Part shown: piece by piece, positions 47,309 to 56,692 of the stretch
Layout: every line of letters starts with the position of its first letter
How positions within the stretch are numbered: the first letter of the stretch is position 1
DNA from: Candidatus Omnitrophota bacterium
GTDB taxonomy: Bacteria; Omnitrophota; Gorgyraeia; 2-01-FULL-45-10
Direction: 5' to 3'
Assembly (NCBI GenBank): GCA_041650935.1
Contig: JBAZKH010000001.1
Coordinates: 487,936 to 551,935, forward strand
Length of the DNA: 64,000 nucleotides
The notes under the pieces: model-generated
What the model saw: only the letters and a program-made list of their open reading frames with translations
The model's database searches: none
What the model was told of the DNA's origin: nothing
Position numbers and translations under genes: made by a program

Positions 47309-47332
47309 TAGGGCAGGTTTCAACCTGCCCTA
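47309..47332. repeat. palindrome-family copy TAGGGCAGGTT-TC-AACCTGCCCTA overlapping the EpsI stop codon
   Basis: Perfect 11-bp stem. A partial GGGCAGGTTTT copy sits at 47286. Confidence 0.6.
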
Positions 47333-47965
47333 TATTGTCATGGAGTCGACTATCTTTACAGTTTCGCTGAGAAAAGATTTCAGCATCGCAAGCGCCTGCT
47401 TCTCGTCGCTTCTTATCGGTATCGCGACGCGGATCGTAGCGCCCGGAACGCGCTTGCCGAATATCTGATGGATGGCGAGATATGCCTGTTGCAGATAAAA
47501 ATTGCTGGTATACAATTTTCCGGCCTTGTATGCATAGAGCACTAGCTCCTTAAAATCGCCCTTTTCAGCCAGCATCTTGTTTGCCGAAAATTTATACTTT
47601 CCGGATTCGATATTCTCATTCTGTTTGTCCACTATAGCAAAGCCGCCTCCTGCTATACAGACTTCGGGCGGATGGAATACAGATCTATTAGTCTCGGAAT
47701 ATATAATAAATAAACTTAATTTATCGTTTGACTGGTTGACGTATTCGCGAGCGATCAAGTTCCTTGTCTCAAGGATTTGATATTCTTTTTCCGTTATCTC
47801 TAAGTCCGTTCCTTTCCACTTCCCTATCGTGTGCGGAAAACTATGTATGTCGGTCGTGTCGCGCATAGTCTTCTCCTGCGAAAATAACCGAAGGGAAAAG
47901 AAACTCGCCGCTAATAAAAGGACGACCAGCAACATGTAGCCTAAAATGTTTTTATCTGACTTCAT
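47330..47965 (-). CDS. EpsI-family exosortase-associated periplasmic protein
   Basis: N-terminal TM. ..IGKWKG.D.......L...N...R.Y.......L.IIYS.......HPPEVCIAGGGF.. matching the EpsI signature. The start is chosen at MKSDKN, so the ORF-track start at 48082 is likely an over-extension. Confidence 0.7.
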   Translation of the reverse strand: MKSDKNILGYMLLVVLLLAASFFSLRLFSQEKTMRDTTDIHSFPHTIGKWKGTDLEITEKEYQILETRNLIAREYVNQSNDKLSLFIIYSETNRSVFHPPEVCIAGGGFAIVDKQNENIESGKYKFSANKMLAEKGDFKELVLYAYKAGKLYTSNFYLQQAYLAIHQIFGKRVPGATIRVAIPIRSDEKQALAMLKSFLSETVKIVDSMTI

Positions 47966-48791
47966 TTTTTGTTTCCAATACTCTTGATACGGCGAATAGC
48001 CCCACAAAAGCGAATGCAAAGACCAGGAAACCGGTAAAGTCGTGGAATAACCCCATCGCGACTTTTCCCCCATATAGGTCATTTACCACAGCGACCATGA
48101 CGATCCTCGTGACATTTGCCGCGAGCGCTATGGGAACGGATGATAGGAATAGTATCGATTTCCTAACGTAGGAAATTTTCATCGAATACGCGAAGAGCAG
48201 GCCGAGGGTCAAGAGCGATATGAGCGAACGCAGTCCACTGCACGGGGCGGCGACCTCGATATGCGAATTCGGCATCCTTATGATACTGCCGTCTTGTATC
48301 GACGGAAATCCGATCCTGTTTAATATAAAAGTAGAAGCCTGCGCCGCTATCAATTTTAATTTTACCGTCAGGTTCCCTATCAATACGAGCGGTAATGGCA
48401 CCATGGCAAGAAGAAAAAATACCGGAAATGTCAGGCTGCGTACCATCTCTTTCCCGAAGAAAAAGAGAATAAGCCCGTATAAAACCAGTATGAACGAGAA
48501 ACCGGATACGAAATAGACTTTAAGCGCGGCGGATACGATATGGATCAGGAGCCCGAGAGCCACGATCCACAGCCCTGCGAGTGTCCCGGATATCGTTATC
48601 TTTTTCAGCGCCTCCCTTCTCTGCCAGACAATGAATAAGGAGATGATGGGGATAAGGAACCCATGTCCATAGTATGATTCGGCCGCCATCCACCTGTCGA
48701 CCATCCATCGCAGGGTCGGAAGGTACGCGATAAATAAAAGTGCGGCGCATGACGCGAATTTCAAAATGGCGTTTCGTTTAGAATTCATCAT
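47952..48791 (-). CDS. exosortase (EpsH/Xrt family)
   Basis: 8 TM helices. Motifs ..YGHGFLIP.., ..VAAPCSGLRSL.. and ..ANVTRIV.. (catalytic Cys/Arg/Asn triad regions). Confidence 0.9.
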   Translation of the reverse strand: MMNSKRNAILKFASCAALLFIAYLPTLRWMVDRWMAAESYYGHGFLIPIISLFIVWQRREALKKITISGTLAGLWIVALGLLIHIVSAALKVYFVSGFSFILVLYGLILFFFGKEMVRSLTFPVFFLLAMVPLPLVLIGNLTVKLKLIAAQASTFILNRIGFPSIQDGSIIRMPNSHIEVAAPCSGLRSLISLLTLGLLFAYSMKISYVRKSILFLSSVPIALAANVTRIVMVAVVNDLYGGKVAMGLFHDFTGFLVFAFAFVGLFAVSRVLETKNEVR

Positions 48792-48797
48792 AGCCCT

Positions 48798-49619
48798 TCA
48801 TTTGATGAGGCTGTTTCCAAAAACATCTCTGATACTTTTTAAGATAATCGGTTTTTCCAGCAATTTTAGTTCACTTTTATCCTGGAGGAATCTTTCAACG
48901 TCTTTCTTTGCGGCGCTAAAATCGACGCTCTCTACTCTTTCGGTCAAAAAATCCATGATATTGTTTTCATCGATTTTGTAATCGCGGCCCTGCGTTTGCG
49001 TGATAGCGTTGTTCAGTAATTGATAATTAGGTTTGACTTTCTTACCAAGATACCAAAGCAGATCATAAAAATCTCTTCCCTTGACGTATTTTCTGAAAAA
49101 ACACGCATGTAATTTAGCGGCGTATAAAGACGCCAGATCGAAATGGGAAATATTCAGGGCGTATAGTTTATTCACCAGGGTTTTTTCAAGATGCCAGCCG
49201 CACGGAGAATTGGAATCAGCCTTGATTTTAATCGAAAGCGTCTGGCTCGCTAAAGGCGAGAGCCCTGTTGATTTTAACAGTCCCGGAAATTTCAGCATGC
49301 TGCTTCGAACTGTCTTCTTCACAGCTGGTTTAGTTTCTATTTTTAATCCATTCAAGTCGAACTCACGCTCGAGGACCCGGACGATGTCCGTGAAATCGTA
49401 TCCCTTGGCGTCAAAAACAGAAAAATCCAAATCCTCGGAAAATCTTCTCATATCATAAAGAAACCTTAACGCCGTCCCGCCGACAAAAGCCAGATTATTA
49501 AAATAACCTTTATCCTGTATAAATTTTAATGTTAATAGTTGAAGAGTCTCCCGCAATTTATTGGTCTTGGCTAGGTTATCTCTTTCATCGGCAATCTGCT
49601 GCCGCAGTAATTCGATCAT
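48798..49619 (-). CDS. AbiEii/AbiGii-family nucleotidyltransferase toxin (type IV TA)
   Basis: ..NLAFVGGTALRFLYDMRRFSEDLDFSV.. motif. ~270 aa. Confidence 0.75.
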   Translation of the reverse strand: MIELLRQQIADERDNLAKTNKLRETLQLLTLKFIQDKGYFNNLAFVGGTALRFLYDMRRFSEDLDFSVFDAKGYDFTDIVRVLEREFDLNGLKIETKPAVKKTVRSSMLKFPGLLKSTGLSPLASQTLSIKIKADSNSPCGWHLEKTLVNKLYALNISHFDLASLYAAKLHACFFRKYVKGRDFYDLLWYLGKKVKPNYQLLNNAITQTQGRDYKIDENNIMDFLTERVESVDFSAAKKDVERFLQDKSELKLLEKPIILKSIRDVFGNSLIK

Positions 49620-49900
49620 GCGCTACGCTCCTCCTTAATAAACTCACAAAAGGACTTACAGATGCTCGTCAATTTTCTATTATTGAATACTTTGGCAAAT
49701 TCCGACACTTTCTTTGTTTTTAGCAATTTCGTATTTTGAAAGCGATATGACCCCTCGAAAATTTCCCGATCCTCCTTTTTGAACTTTTCCAGATTTAAAT
49801 AAATAAAATCTACTATGGCCTTTTCGGGCTGGGCCATTAAAAAAAGAAGCCCCGCCTCGTCTTTACAAGCCTCAAATCCTCTAAATGCCTCCGGTATCAT
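49616..49900 (-). CDS. short AbiEi-like antitoxin partner (C-terminal-domain-only form)
   Basis: 94 aa. 4-nt ATGA overlap with the toxin gene. ..EKAIVDFIYL.. resembles the AbiEi C-terminal region. Confidence 0.45.
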   Translation of the reverse strand: MIPEAFRGFEACKDEAGLLFLMAQPEKAIVDFIYLNLEKFKKEDREIFEGSYRFQNTKLLKTKKVSEFAKVFNNRKLTSICKSFCEFIKEERSA

Positions 49901-49928
49901 ATTTGATAACTTATTGCAATAGAAAGCG

Positions 49929-50669
49929 TCATTTTCTTATAGTCCAGAAGTCGTCGGCGAGCGTCTCGAGATATTCGAACGGCATGGTAAAATAGCCTTT
50001 CATCCCCCATGTCTCGCCCCAGGAATTCCTCACCGCGAATCGACTCTTTTTTAAATCGTACCCTATTGCCATAACGGCATGCCCGCCCAAAGCTGTCTCG
50101 CCTTTTTTTGGCATGTTGACAACGCCCGTTTTTACTACTGCGTCAGATTCGAAACTTTCATAAACGGTAAAACCAAAAACAAAAGGATATCCTTCCGCAA
50201 GGCAGGTAAGCATCTCGCGTAATGTTTCTATGCGGTGGTACGATTCTATAGTCCTCTTCTTTGCTTCCGCGTAACAACGTATCGTCGGCCGGACGGCAAA
50301 CTTATTTATAAGATACGGCCATATCGATTCACGGCACGAGCCGGAATTCTTCAGCGTCTTTATGCCGTCCCGGAGCATGGCGCCGGAATCGTATTCGATA
50401 GTATCGATAAGCGCGCGTTCGTTGTAATATATAAAAAGCCGGCTCACATCTTCATAAAGGGAATCTATCTTGTTGTCCAAAAACTCCAGGTTGCCCGCGA
50501 GAGCCTGGGCCGTACAGCTTCCCAGGTTCCCCTGATCCTCTATCTTCGAGCAGTGCGCGCGCAGGTCCACCGCCTGCGGCAGTTTCACGACCGGCCGTAT
50601 GGCCTTGTAAAGATAGTCTCTCTGGTCCGGTATGTCCGGCACCCAGCCGTATACGCGTTTCAATTTCAT
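49929..50669 (-). CDS. papain-like (C1 family) cysteine peptidase with no signal peptide
   Basis: ..QGNLGSCTAQALAG.. (Gln/Cys), ..GGHAVMAIGYD.. (His), ..NSWGETWGMKGYF.. (Asn-Ser-Trp). Confidence 0.85.
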   Translation of the reverse strand: MKLKRVYGWVPDIPDQRDYLYKAIRPVVKLPQAVDLRAHCSKIEDQGNLGSCTAQALAGNLEFLDNKIDSLYEDVSRLFIYYNERALIDTIEYDSGAMLRDGIKTLKNSGSCRESIWPYLINKFAVRPTIRCYAEAKKRTIESYHRIETLREMLTCLAEGYPFVFGFTVYESFESDAVVKTGVVNMPKKGETALGGHAVMAIGYDLKKSRFAVRNSWGETWGMKGYFTMPFEYLETLADDFWTIRK

Positions 50670-50688
50670 CCCACCCTCCCCTGCAATT

Positions 50689-52686
50689 TTATCTTTCTTT
50701 GCTGATGTATGCTAAAAAGTGCCCGCTGGAACGATAGTTCTGATTGAAATGCTTTCGGTCGCTCAATCTGGCGTCATTCATCCCGCGCTCGAACAGCTTC
50801 TTACCCATCTCCAGATAATCTTTTCTCTGGTAGCCGCTTATCTTGTACCCGTATCCGAAGGCATGGACCGTAAGCATATTGAGGTCCGGATGGCCTTCAT
50901 TTCTTGAAGCATCGCATGTAAGGTATATGAACGAGTCTCCATCAGGCGCGAGGCAGTCTTTCATAAGCCAATTGAGCGCCATAAAGATCGATTCTTTCGC
51001 AATATTGCTATTGGTGAGCTGATGATATTTTACTATGGCTTCGAGAAGTAAGCCGGTCATGAAAGGCGAGCCGCCATACTCATCTTTCCTTGCCCCCTCT
51101 TCCGGATCATGCGAATACAAGTTATGGATGAATCCACCCTTCTCCGGCCATTCCTTCTGGGTTCTGTAGAGATTTTTCATCATTTCACTGGCAAAGTTAA
51201 GATATTCCTTATCGCCGGTGAGCTCGTAGTATTCCAGTGCACCTAGAAATGGGAATGCCATTTCTCTCTCTGTCCAGAAACGCGAATCGCCCCGCTTCAA
51301 ATAAGCCTTTTTAGGATTGACATTTTTCTTAAGGTATTCCGCCATATAACCGGCAACGAGCAAAGACTTTTCATCGCCCGTCAATAGATAGTCGTCTATC
51401 AATGCGCTCACATATATGTATCTAGTTTGTTTCTGGACTACGGCACGTCCTCTTTCCGGACCATCCTGGACTATCTGGTCATCCCTATAATGTACCAGTT
51501 CCTTGCGCGCGGATTGAAAATATTCGTCGTTACCGCCGCGAACATAAATCTGATAGAATACATGCGGAGTGCTGTAGTAGCCATCTTTGCTAACATCGTT
51601 TGTCCACTCGATTTTTTCCAGCTTAGGAAAATTATCCTCTATGTTCTGATCATACTTTTGGTACTCGCTACTGTCTATAGGAACTTGCTCACCTGTTATT
51701 TGTGAATCACACGACCACATTGGCGGCATTAGTAAGAAGCCTTCCGGTAATACCCAGTCGACTTTCACTAGACGCAACACTTCGGTTGTTCTGGGGTTGC
51801 CCCACTTTACAAGCACCCGTTTATAACTGTGTTCCACTTTCATCGGGAACTGAACCAACACGGATCTTATAGAGCCATCTTGAGGCCATCGTGCGAGCAC
51901 TTTGGATGCAATGGAGATTTCTTTCCCTTCTGCGTCAAATATAGCGACATTCTTCTCGTCGAAAATATTCCCCGGCGCAAATGGTATTCCAGTCGAAACC
52001 AGGATTTCTATTTTTTTAGGAGCGGTGAGATTGGCGACGTTGGCCTTAACGATTCCGTTGGCCGGAAGTGTGTCTTTAGTCATTTTCGGTTCAAATACCT
52101 CTTTAATCTCGATAGGGGTGGATACACTAGCGCTATGTACCTGTGTGCTTACGCGAGGTTGCTGATTCTCAAGTCTCATATTGTCAAAGTAGAGTATAGT
52201 CTTCTCTTTCGGATCGTCCAGATACAGAACAACCCTGTAAATGTTTGCCGCGTCTATCGATTTTGCTATCCTCTGCCTTGGTATATTTATGTTATTCATT
52301 CCTGGCTTGAGTGGTACCGGTATGTTTACCCTTTGCTTCTTTTCATCGTCCAGCCTTACCGTGAAGCTTATCGTCTTGTTCTGTGGATTAAAAATATCGA
52401 GTCGCAGGTTGTCATACTGTCCCCAATCGTGCGCTAATTTTTTTGTATTAATGCTGGGATATTCATCTACAGGATATGCCACTTTCAACGAATGTTTACC
52501 CTCCGTAACGTGCTCGGTAGACAGATTTAGTGAAAAACCAGTCTCGGGTGAGATATCCCATTTCTTGATGTTCTCAAAAGCGCACATAATTCCGGAGTTG
52601 ATGTCTTCATTCGATACTATGCTGCAACCGTACAAACAGGTAGCAAATGTAAATGTTATCAAAAAAGTGCAAAATTTATAGCTCAT
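50689..52686 (-). CDS. lipoprotein with an N-terminal beta-sandwich and a C-terminal alpha/alpha-toroid-like region (polysaccharide lyase/heparinase-II/III-like, tentative)
   Basis: Lipobox ..LYGCS. Large soluble body. The helical repeat region ..YLLTGDEKSL...EYYELTGDKEYL.. is suggestive of an (alpha/alpha)6 fold. Confidence 0.35.
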   Translation of the reverse strand: MSYKFCTFLITFTFATCLYGCSIVSNEDINSGIMCAFENIKKWDISPETGFSLNLSTEHVTEGKHSLKVAYPVDEYPSINTKKLAHDWGQYDNLRLDIFNPQNKTISFTVRLDDEKKQRVNIPVPLKPGMNNINIPRQRIAKSIDAANIYRVVLYLDDPKEKTILYFDNMRLENQQPRVSTQVHSASVSTPIEIKEVFEPKMTKDTLPANGIVKANVANLTAPKKIEILVSTGIPFAPGNIFDEKNVAIFDAEGKEISIASKVLARWPQDGSIRSVLVQFPMKVEHSYKRVLVKWGNPRTTEVLRLVKVDWVLPEGFLLMPPMWSCDSQITGEQVPIDSSEYQKYDQNIEDNFPKLEKIEWTNDVSKDGYYSTPHVFYQIYVRGGNDEYFQSARKELVHYRDDQIVQDGPERGRAVVQKQTRYIYVSALIDDYLLTGDEKSLLVAGYMAEYLKKNVNPKKAYLKRGDSRFWTEREMAFPFLGALEYYELTGDKEYLNFASEMMKNLYRTQKEWPEKGGFIHNLYSHDPEEGARKDEYGGSPFMTGLLLEAIVKYHQLTNSNIAKESIFMALNWLMKDCLAPDGDSFIYLTCDASRNEGHPDLNMLTVHAFGYGYKISGYQRKDYLEMGKKLFERGMNDARLSDRKHFNQNYRSSGHFLAYISKER

Positions 52687-53974
52687 ATTTCATGTCTGTC
52701 CTTAGGTAGTTATTAAGATGGTTGTCAATGATGGTGTCTTCCGGATGTAAGAACCGCATCCTCCCATCTTCTTTTACTTTAATACGTATATCCTCGGTCC
52801 ATTCTTCGCCATTTCGTAATGCTGTATCTTTTATTATAGTATTCAATTTCTGCGTGGTTTTCTGGCACGAAATATTGTCCATAACCCACTGCCTGGGGTT
52901 GAATTTTGCATATTCACGCGAAAACATGACCAATGTTTTTGGTAAGTCTCTTTCATCTATCAATTTTCCGGTCTCATCATTGATATATTGCTTATTCACT
53001 CCTACGTTGTTTTTTAGCAGTATTGCCGGTATGTTTGCATGCATGCCTTCAAACAGCGCCTTGTTGGCGCCTTCTTTATAGGAGAGTAGTAGGTTGACCT
53101 TAGATTCATTGTATATGATATTAAGTTTTTCAGACGGCAGGCTCTGTAAAAAAGTTATATTGTCCTGCACGCCAAAATAGTGTGCTATATTTTTTAAAGT
53201 GCTTACGTTTCCCGTAGCGTTACTTACCAAGGCTATTTTCAAATTATATTCTTTAATCTTTGACAACGCCCTGAGTAGTGCATAATGTCTTTTATAGTTA
53301 AACCAGTCACACACCATGATGCAATCATACTTTTTACCTATGCCAGGAATTGGATGAAAAATATTAAAATCTACCCAATTGCTTGAGCCAAATTCCACAG
53401 GTATGAAATTTGATTCGAGCTGTTTTATAAACGCAAAGTCCAGCCGTTCTGGAGATTCTAGGATCACAGGATGTGAGCCTAGTTCCGCATATGCTAATAT
53501 TTCTGGTTTGCAATACCCTGCCCAGTCTGGTTCCAAAACTAGATAATAATCGCATAAAAGTCGTTCTACATCATAATGCTTAAAAAAAGCGTTAAAACCA
53601 ACGCCGTACATTAGGAAAAGCACACCTTTTTCATGTGGGCTTTTATATGGCTTTACTAGAAACAAATATTTGCACTGTATCAATTCCCTGCTTACTTTTA
53701 CCGAAGGTAGTAGGGATTGGACGTAGCCTTTCTTTTTTATCAGTTTTTTTATTTTCGGATTAAGGAATGCCTGAAAAGCGGAAGAGTCGGAATAGTGGTG
53801 TGACTTCATTAATAATATATCGGCGCGTCGTTGGTTAAAAATCCGAACAAGAATACTTGAGATATACAGTACATGGGATAAGGATAATCTGAATTTTGCA
53901 CTGTACAGAATGTCGATTTTTATTATATACAATAACGCTTTAATATTTTTCATGCCAATTTTCCTTTTTGCCAT
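52676..53974 (-). CDS. GT-B-fold glycosyltransferase-like protein
   Basis: C-terminal E-x7-E-like ..SYKEGANKALFEGMHANIPAILL.. pattern of retaining GT-B enzymes. Confidence 0.4.
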   Translation of the reverse strand: MAKRKIGMKNIKALLYIIKIDILYSAKFRLSLSHVLYISSILVRIFNQRRADILLMKSHHYSDSSAFQAFLNPKIKKLIKKKGYVQSLLPSVKVSRELIQCKYLFLVKPYKSPHEKGVLFLMYGVGFNAFFKHYDVERLLCDYYLVLEPDWAGYCKPEILAYAELGSHPVILESPERLDFAFIKQLESNFIPVEFGSSNWVDFNIFHPIPGIGKKYDCIMVCDWFNYKRHYALLRALSKIKEYNLKIALVSNATGNVSTLKNIAHYFGVQDNITFLQSLPSEKLNIIYNESKVNLLLSYKEGANKALFEGMHANIPAILLKNNVGVNKQYINDETGKLIDERDLPKTLVMFSREYAKFNPRQWVMDNISCQKTTQKLNTIIKDTALRNGEEWTEDIRIKVKEDGRMRFLHPEDTIIDNHLNNYLRTDMKYEL

Positions 53975-55026
53975 GCGGGTATCTTTGACAATAGGTAGTT
54001 TCTGTATTTTTCAGGCTCCTTACCCTTGAGGGCCTCCGCCGCTTTTACGATATTATACATCTCTCTTGTAGTTACATAGTGAAGCTTGTAACGCTCACCA
54101 TCGTTATATCTTTCTTCGAGGTAGTCAAACATCTTATCGAGATTATTAAAATAAGCTTCTTTTAGGTTATTATCCTGAGCTCCGTGTGTATATACCTTAA
54201 CGAATATCCAGTCCGGTCTTCCCTTGACGCTTACCCTTTGCTTTATCCACAAGTCTACCCTGTCTTGGGTAGGTGGATTAGCCAGTGATATGCTGCCATT
54301 TTCTATCTTCATCCTATGCCAGTTCAATGCTAGCGGCCCCTGGATAATCATAAGTCCATTATCCGGTGTTTTTCTAGCCTCAACGTCTATACCGGTATTG
54401 TGCGGTTTAGGCGCGTTAGTATCTTTTGCGTAGTATATGCTATTTATTTTCCTAGTTTGTGTTGCGGATGGCGCAGACGGCAGGGTGAAATCTGCGTAGC
54501 AACCAGTCTCTTTTAATATCGCAAGCTCGTTATTGACTCCGCACCACTTTCCGTCTTTTCTGGAATTACCCAGCGACCAGTTACCATGCACAAATCCGTA
54601 CTGACTTTTGCCGAAAACATCCTTAGCGTGCTCAAGCTTTTTACGAAGAGAGTATTCCGTGTCATTATCGTGATGTAGTTGCACCTCTATCTCACCGAAA
54701 CCTTTTTCACAGAACCGAGCCATTTTTTCAAATACTAAAGGAGTATATTCGTCTATCGGGTAAAAGAATGTATACTGCGGGATATTACCATCGCCATCTT
54801 TATGGCGTCTCGCTACCGGCTCATATTTCGATATCCATTTGTCCACACGCTCGATTTCTTTGTCTATTCCTACGTTTCCCCACCTTGGCTCAAAATGGTC
54901 GACAATCGAGAATATTACATGGACCGGTCGTGAATTAGACGGCTTGGCCATTAGGCTTTGCCGTATATGCTCAAATATCCAGATGTGTATGTTTTTTAGC
55001 ATTTTTACCGTTCCGTCCGTTTCCAT
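53950..55026 (-). CDS. hypothetical polysaccharide-processing protein (carbohydrate esterase/hydrolase-like, tentative)
   Basis: No TM. Conserved-looking His/Asp clusters (..HVIFSIVDHFEP.., ..VHGNW..). Sits in a polysaccharide cluster context. Confidence 0.25.
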   Translation of the reverse strand: METDGTVKMLKNIHIWIFEHIRQSLMAKPSNSRPVHVIFSIVDHFEPRWGNVGIDKEIERVDKWISKYEPVARRHKDGDGNIPQYTFFYPIDEYTPLVFEKMARFCEKGFGEIEVQLHHDNDTEYSLRKKLEHAKDVFGKSQYGFVHGNWSLGNSRKDGKWCGVNNELAILKETGCYADFTLPSAPSATQTRKINSIYYAKDTNAPKPHNTGIDVEARKTPDNGLMIIQGPLALNWHRMKIENGSISLANPPTQDRVDLWIKQRVSVKGRPDWIFVKVYTHGAQDNNLKEAYFNNLDKMFDYLEERYNDGERYKLHYVTTREMYNIVKAAEALKGKEPEKYRNYLLSKIPAWQKGKLA

Positions 55027-56162
55027 GCCACGCTTTGTGAATTATTGCAAAATCTTATAAACCCTAAAAATAATGCTATGTTCATTGAAATAAAGTAGTA
55101 CGGTAATCCAAAAAGTTTAAATCGGATACCGAATTGCGAAAATATACGCCCGCTCAACGCCGCAAGATAAAACAGGCACTGCAATAACAATATAAAATGA
55201 TAATACTCGTTGCCGGCCAATATTAAATTGGCGACAAATGCAGCTATCAGCAGGAAGGGCGCAAACCATCTGATGACTTTATGAGAAAGATACGCGAATG
55301 CCTTGAATCCATGGGCTGGGTTCAGTATCCTCCATGTCAATAATAGCGCCTGGAAATCTCCCGCGCCTATCCTTACCCTGCGCTCCATCTCCTGGATCAT
55401 CTTTTTGGAAGTCTCTTCGTAAGCTATCGCCCCAGGTTCGTATATAACCGCATATCCTTTTTCCAGCATCTTCATCGGCAATACGAAATCCTCTACTATA
55501 GTATTCGATGGCAGTGGCTTGAAAAGGCTTTTTCGGATGGCATATATACCGCCATTGGCGCCTAGAAGCGACCCGTTGGAACCCTCCACCCTCTTAAGGA
55601 ACTGTTCGTAGCGCCAATAAAATCCTTCTAATTTTCCAATCTCGCTATCCTTAGGACTTTGAAACACCAGCTCTCCACACACGCACCCGACTTTAGGATC
55701 GTAAAAGTTACGAACGAGCTTTCTTATGGCATTGCTTTTATAAAATGTATTGGCGTCAGATAAGGCTACTATGTCACCCTTAAGCTCAGGGATAACCTTA
55801 TTTAGTACATTGACCTTGCCGGAGCGCTCCGTAAAAGCTATCAGCTTTACACCATCTTTACTATATTCGGATACTATTTTATTCGTATTGTCGTTAGAGC
55901 CATCCGAAGCTATAACGACTTCAAGCTTATCCTTTGGATAATCTATACTCAGTATATTCCTGATCTTTTCCGGCAAGACCTTCTCTTCGTTATATACGCT
56001 GACTATCAGCGAAACATGCGGCAGTTCATAAATCTGGTTTTGCAGACTATCCCCTCGCTTGAAAAAACATAGGATAGCTGGATATATAAAATAGGCGTAA
56101 AATACTAAGCCGGCAGATGTCCAGAATAATATCTTTATAATTACTAGTGAGATCACGAACAC
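55005..56162 (-). CDS. membrane-embedded family 2 glycosyltransferase (processive synthase-like: PgaC/cellulose-synthase-like)
   Basis: N-terminal TMs. ..VSLIVSVYNEE.. / ..VIASDGSNDNT.. / ..LSDAN.. / ..YWRYEQ.. motifs. C-terminal TM bundle. Confidence 0.75.
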   Translation of the reverse strand: MFVISLVIIKILFWTSAGLVFYAYFIYPAILCFFKRGDSLQNQIYELPHVSLIVSVYNEEKVLPEKIRNILSIDYPKDKLEVVIASDGSNDNTNKIVSEYSKDGVKLIAFTERSGKVNVLNKVIPELKGDIVALSDANTFYKSNAIRKLVRNFYDPKVGCVCGELVFQSPKDSEIGKLEGFYWRYEQFLKRVEGSNGSLLGANGGIYAIRKSLFKPLPSNTIVEDFVLPMKMLEKGYAVIYEPGAIAYEETSKKMIQEMERRVRIGAGDFQALLLTWRILNPAHGFKAFAYLSHKVIRWFAPFLLIAAFVANLILAGNEYYHFILLLQCLFYLAALSGRIFSQFGIRFKLFGLPYYFISMNIALFLGFIRFCNNSQSVAWKRTER

Positions 56163-56692
56163 TATCCTTTCTTTACCACCTTAGCAGGTATGCCGACCGC
56201 CGTTGCGCCATCCGGCACATCCGATAAAACAACGGCATTAGCGCCTATTTTAACGTTACTTCCTATCTTGATATCGCCTAATATCTTAGCTCCTGTGCCA
56301 ATATATATGTTATCACCCAACGCAGGCGCCTTAACGGGCAAGCCATTTCTTGCCACCCCCAGGACTACACCGCTTTCTATGACTATATTTTCGCCGCCCT
56401 TTACTTCGCCGTTTATTACTACTCCTACCGGGTGCATAATAACAAAGCCTTTACCAAATTGCGCCCCTTTCCCTATCACGCAACTATTCAAAAGTCTGTT
56501 TATTGCCAGGAATAGGCATCCGATAAAACCAAGATGAACTCTTGTGAAAAATCGGTGTATTCTATATAAAATAACCGTAGAAGTCCCTTCCCATAAAATA
56601 ATGTTCAGTATTTTCTCCGGCCTATAAACACCGTAAATGCAAATATTTTTGTATTTTAGATCATGAAATAGCATTGATCGCCTCTTTTTCAT
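56162..56692 (-). CDS. serine-O-acetyltransferase-like hexapeptide acetyltransferase. Start approximate
   Basis: ..ILYRIHRFF.. N-terminal helix plus beta-helix repeats ..IGKGAQFGKGFVIMHPVGVVINGEV..IGTGAKILGDIKIGSNVKIGANAVV.. Confidence 0.7.
   Translation of the reverse strand: MKKRRSMLFHDLKYKNICIYGVYRPEKILNIILWEGTSTVILYRIHRFFTRVHLGFIGCLFLAINRLLNSCVIGKGAQFGKGFVIMHPVGVVINGEVKGGENIVIESGVVLGVARNGLPVKAPALGDNIYIGTGAKILGDIKIGSNVKIGANAVVLSDVPDGATAVGIPAKVVKKG

Noticed and set aside
47966-48082. N-terminal 39 codons of ORF 47330..48082 (MTYMGEKSRWGYST..)
   Set aside because: They overlap the 3' end of the exosortase gene. EpsI more plausibly starts at MKSDKN (47965), where the signal/TM segment begins.
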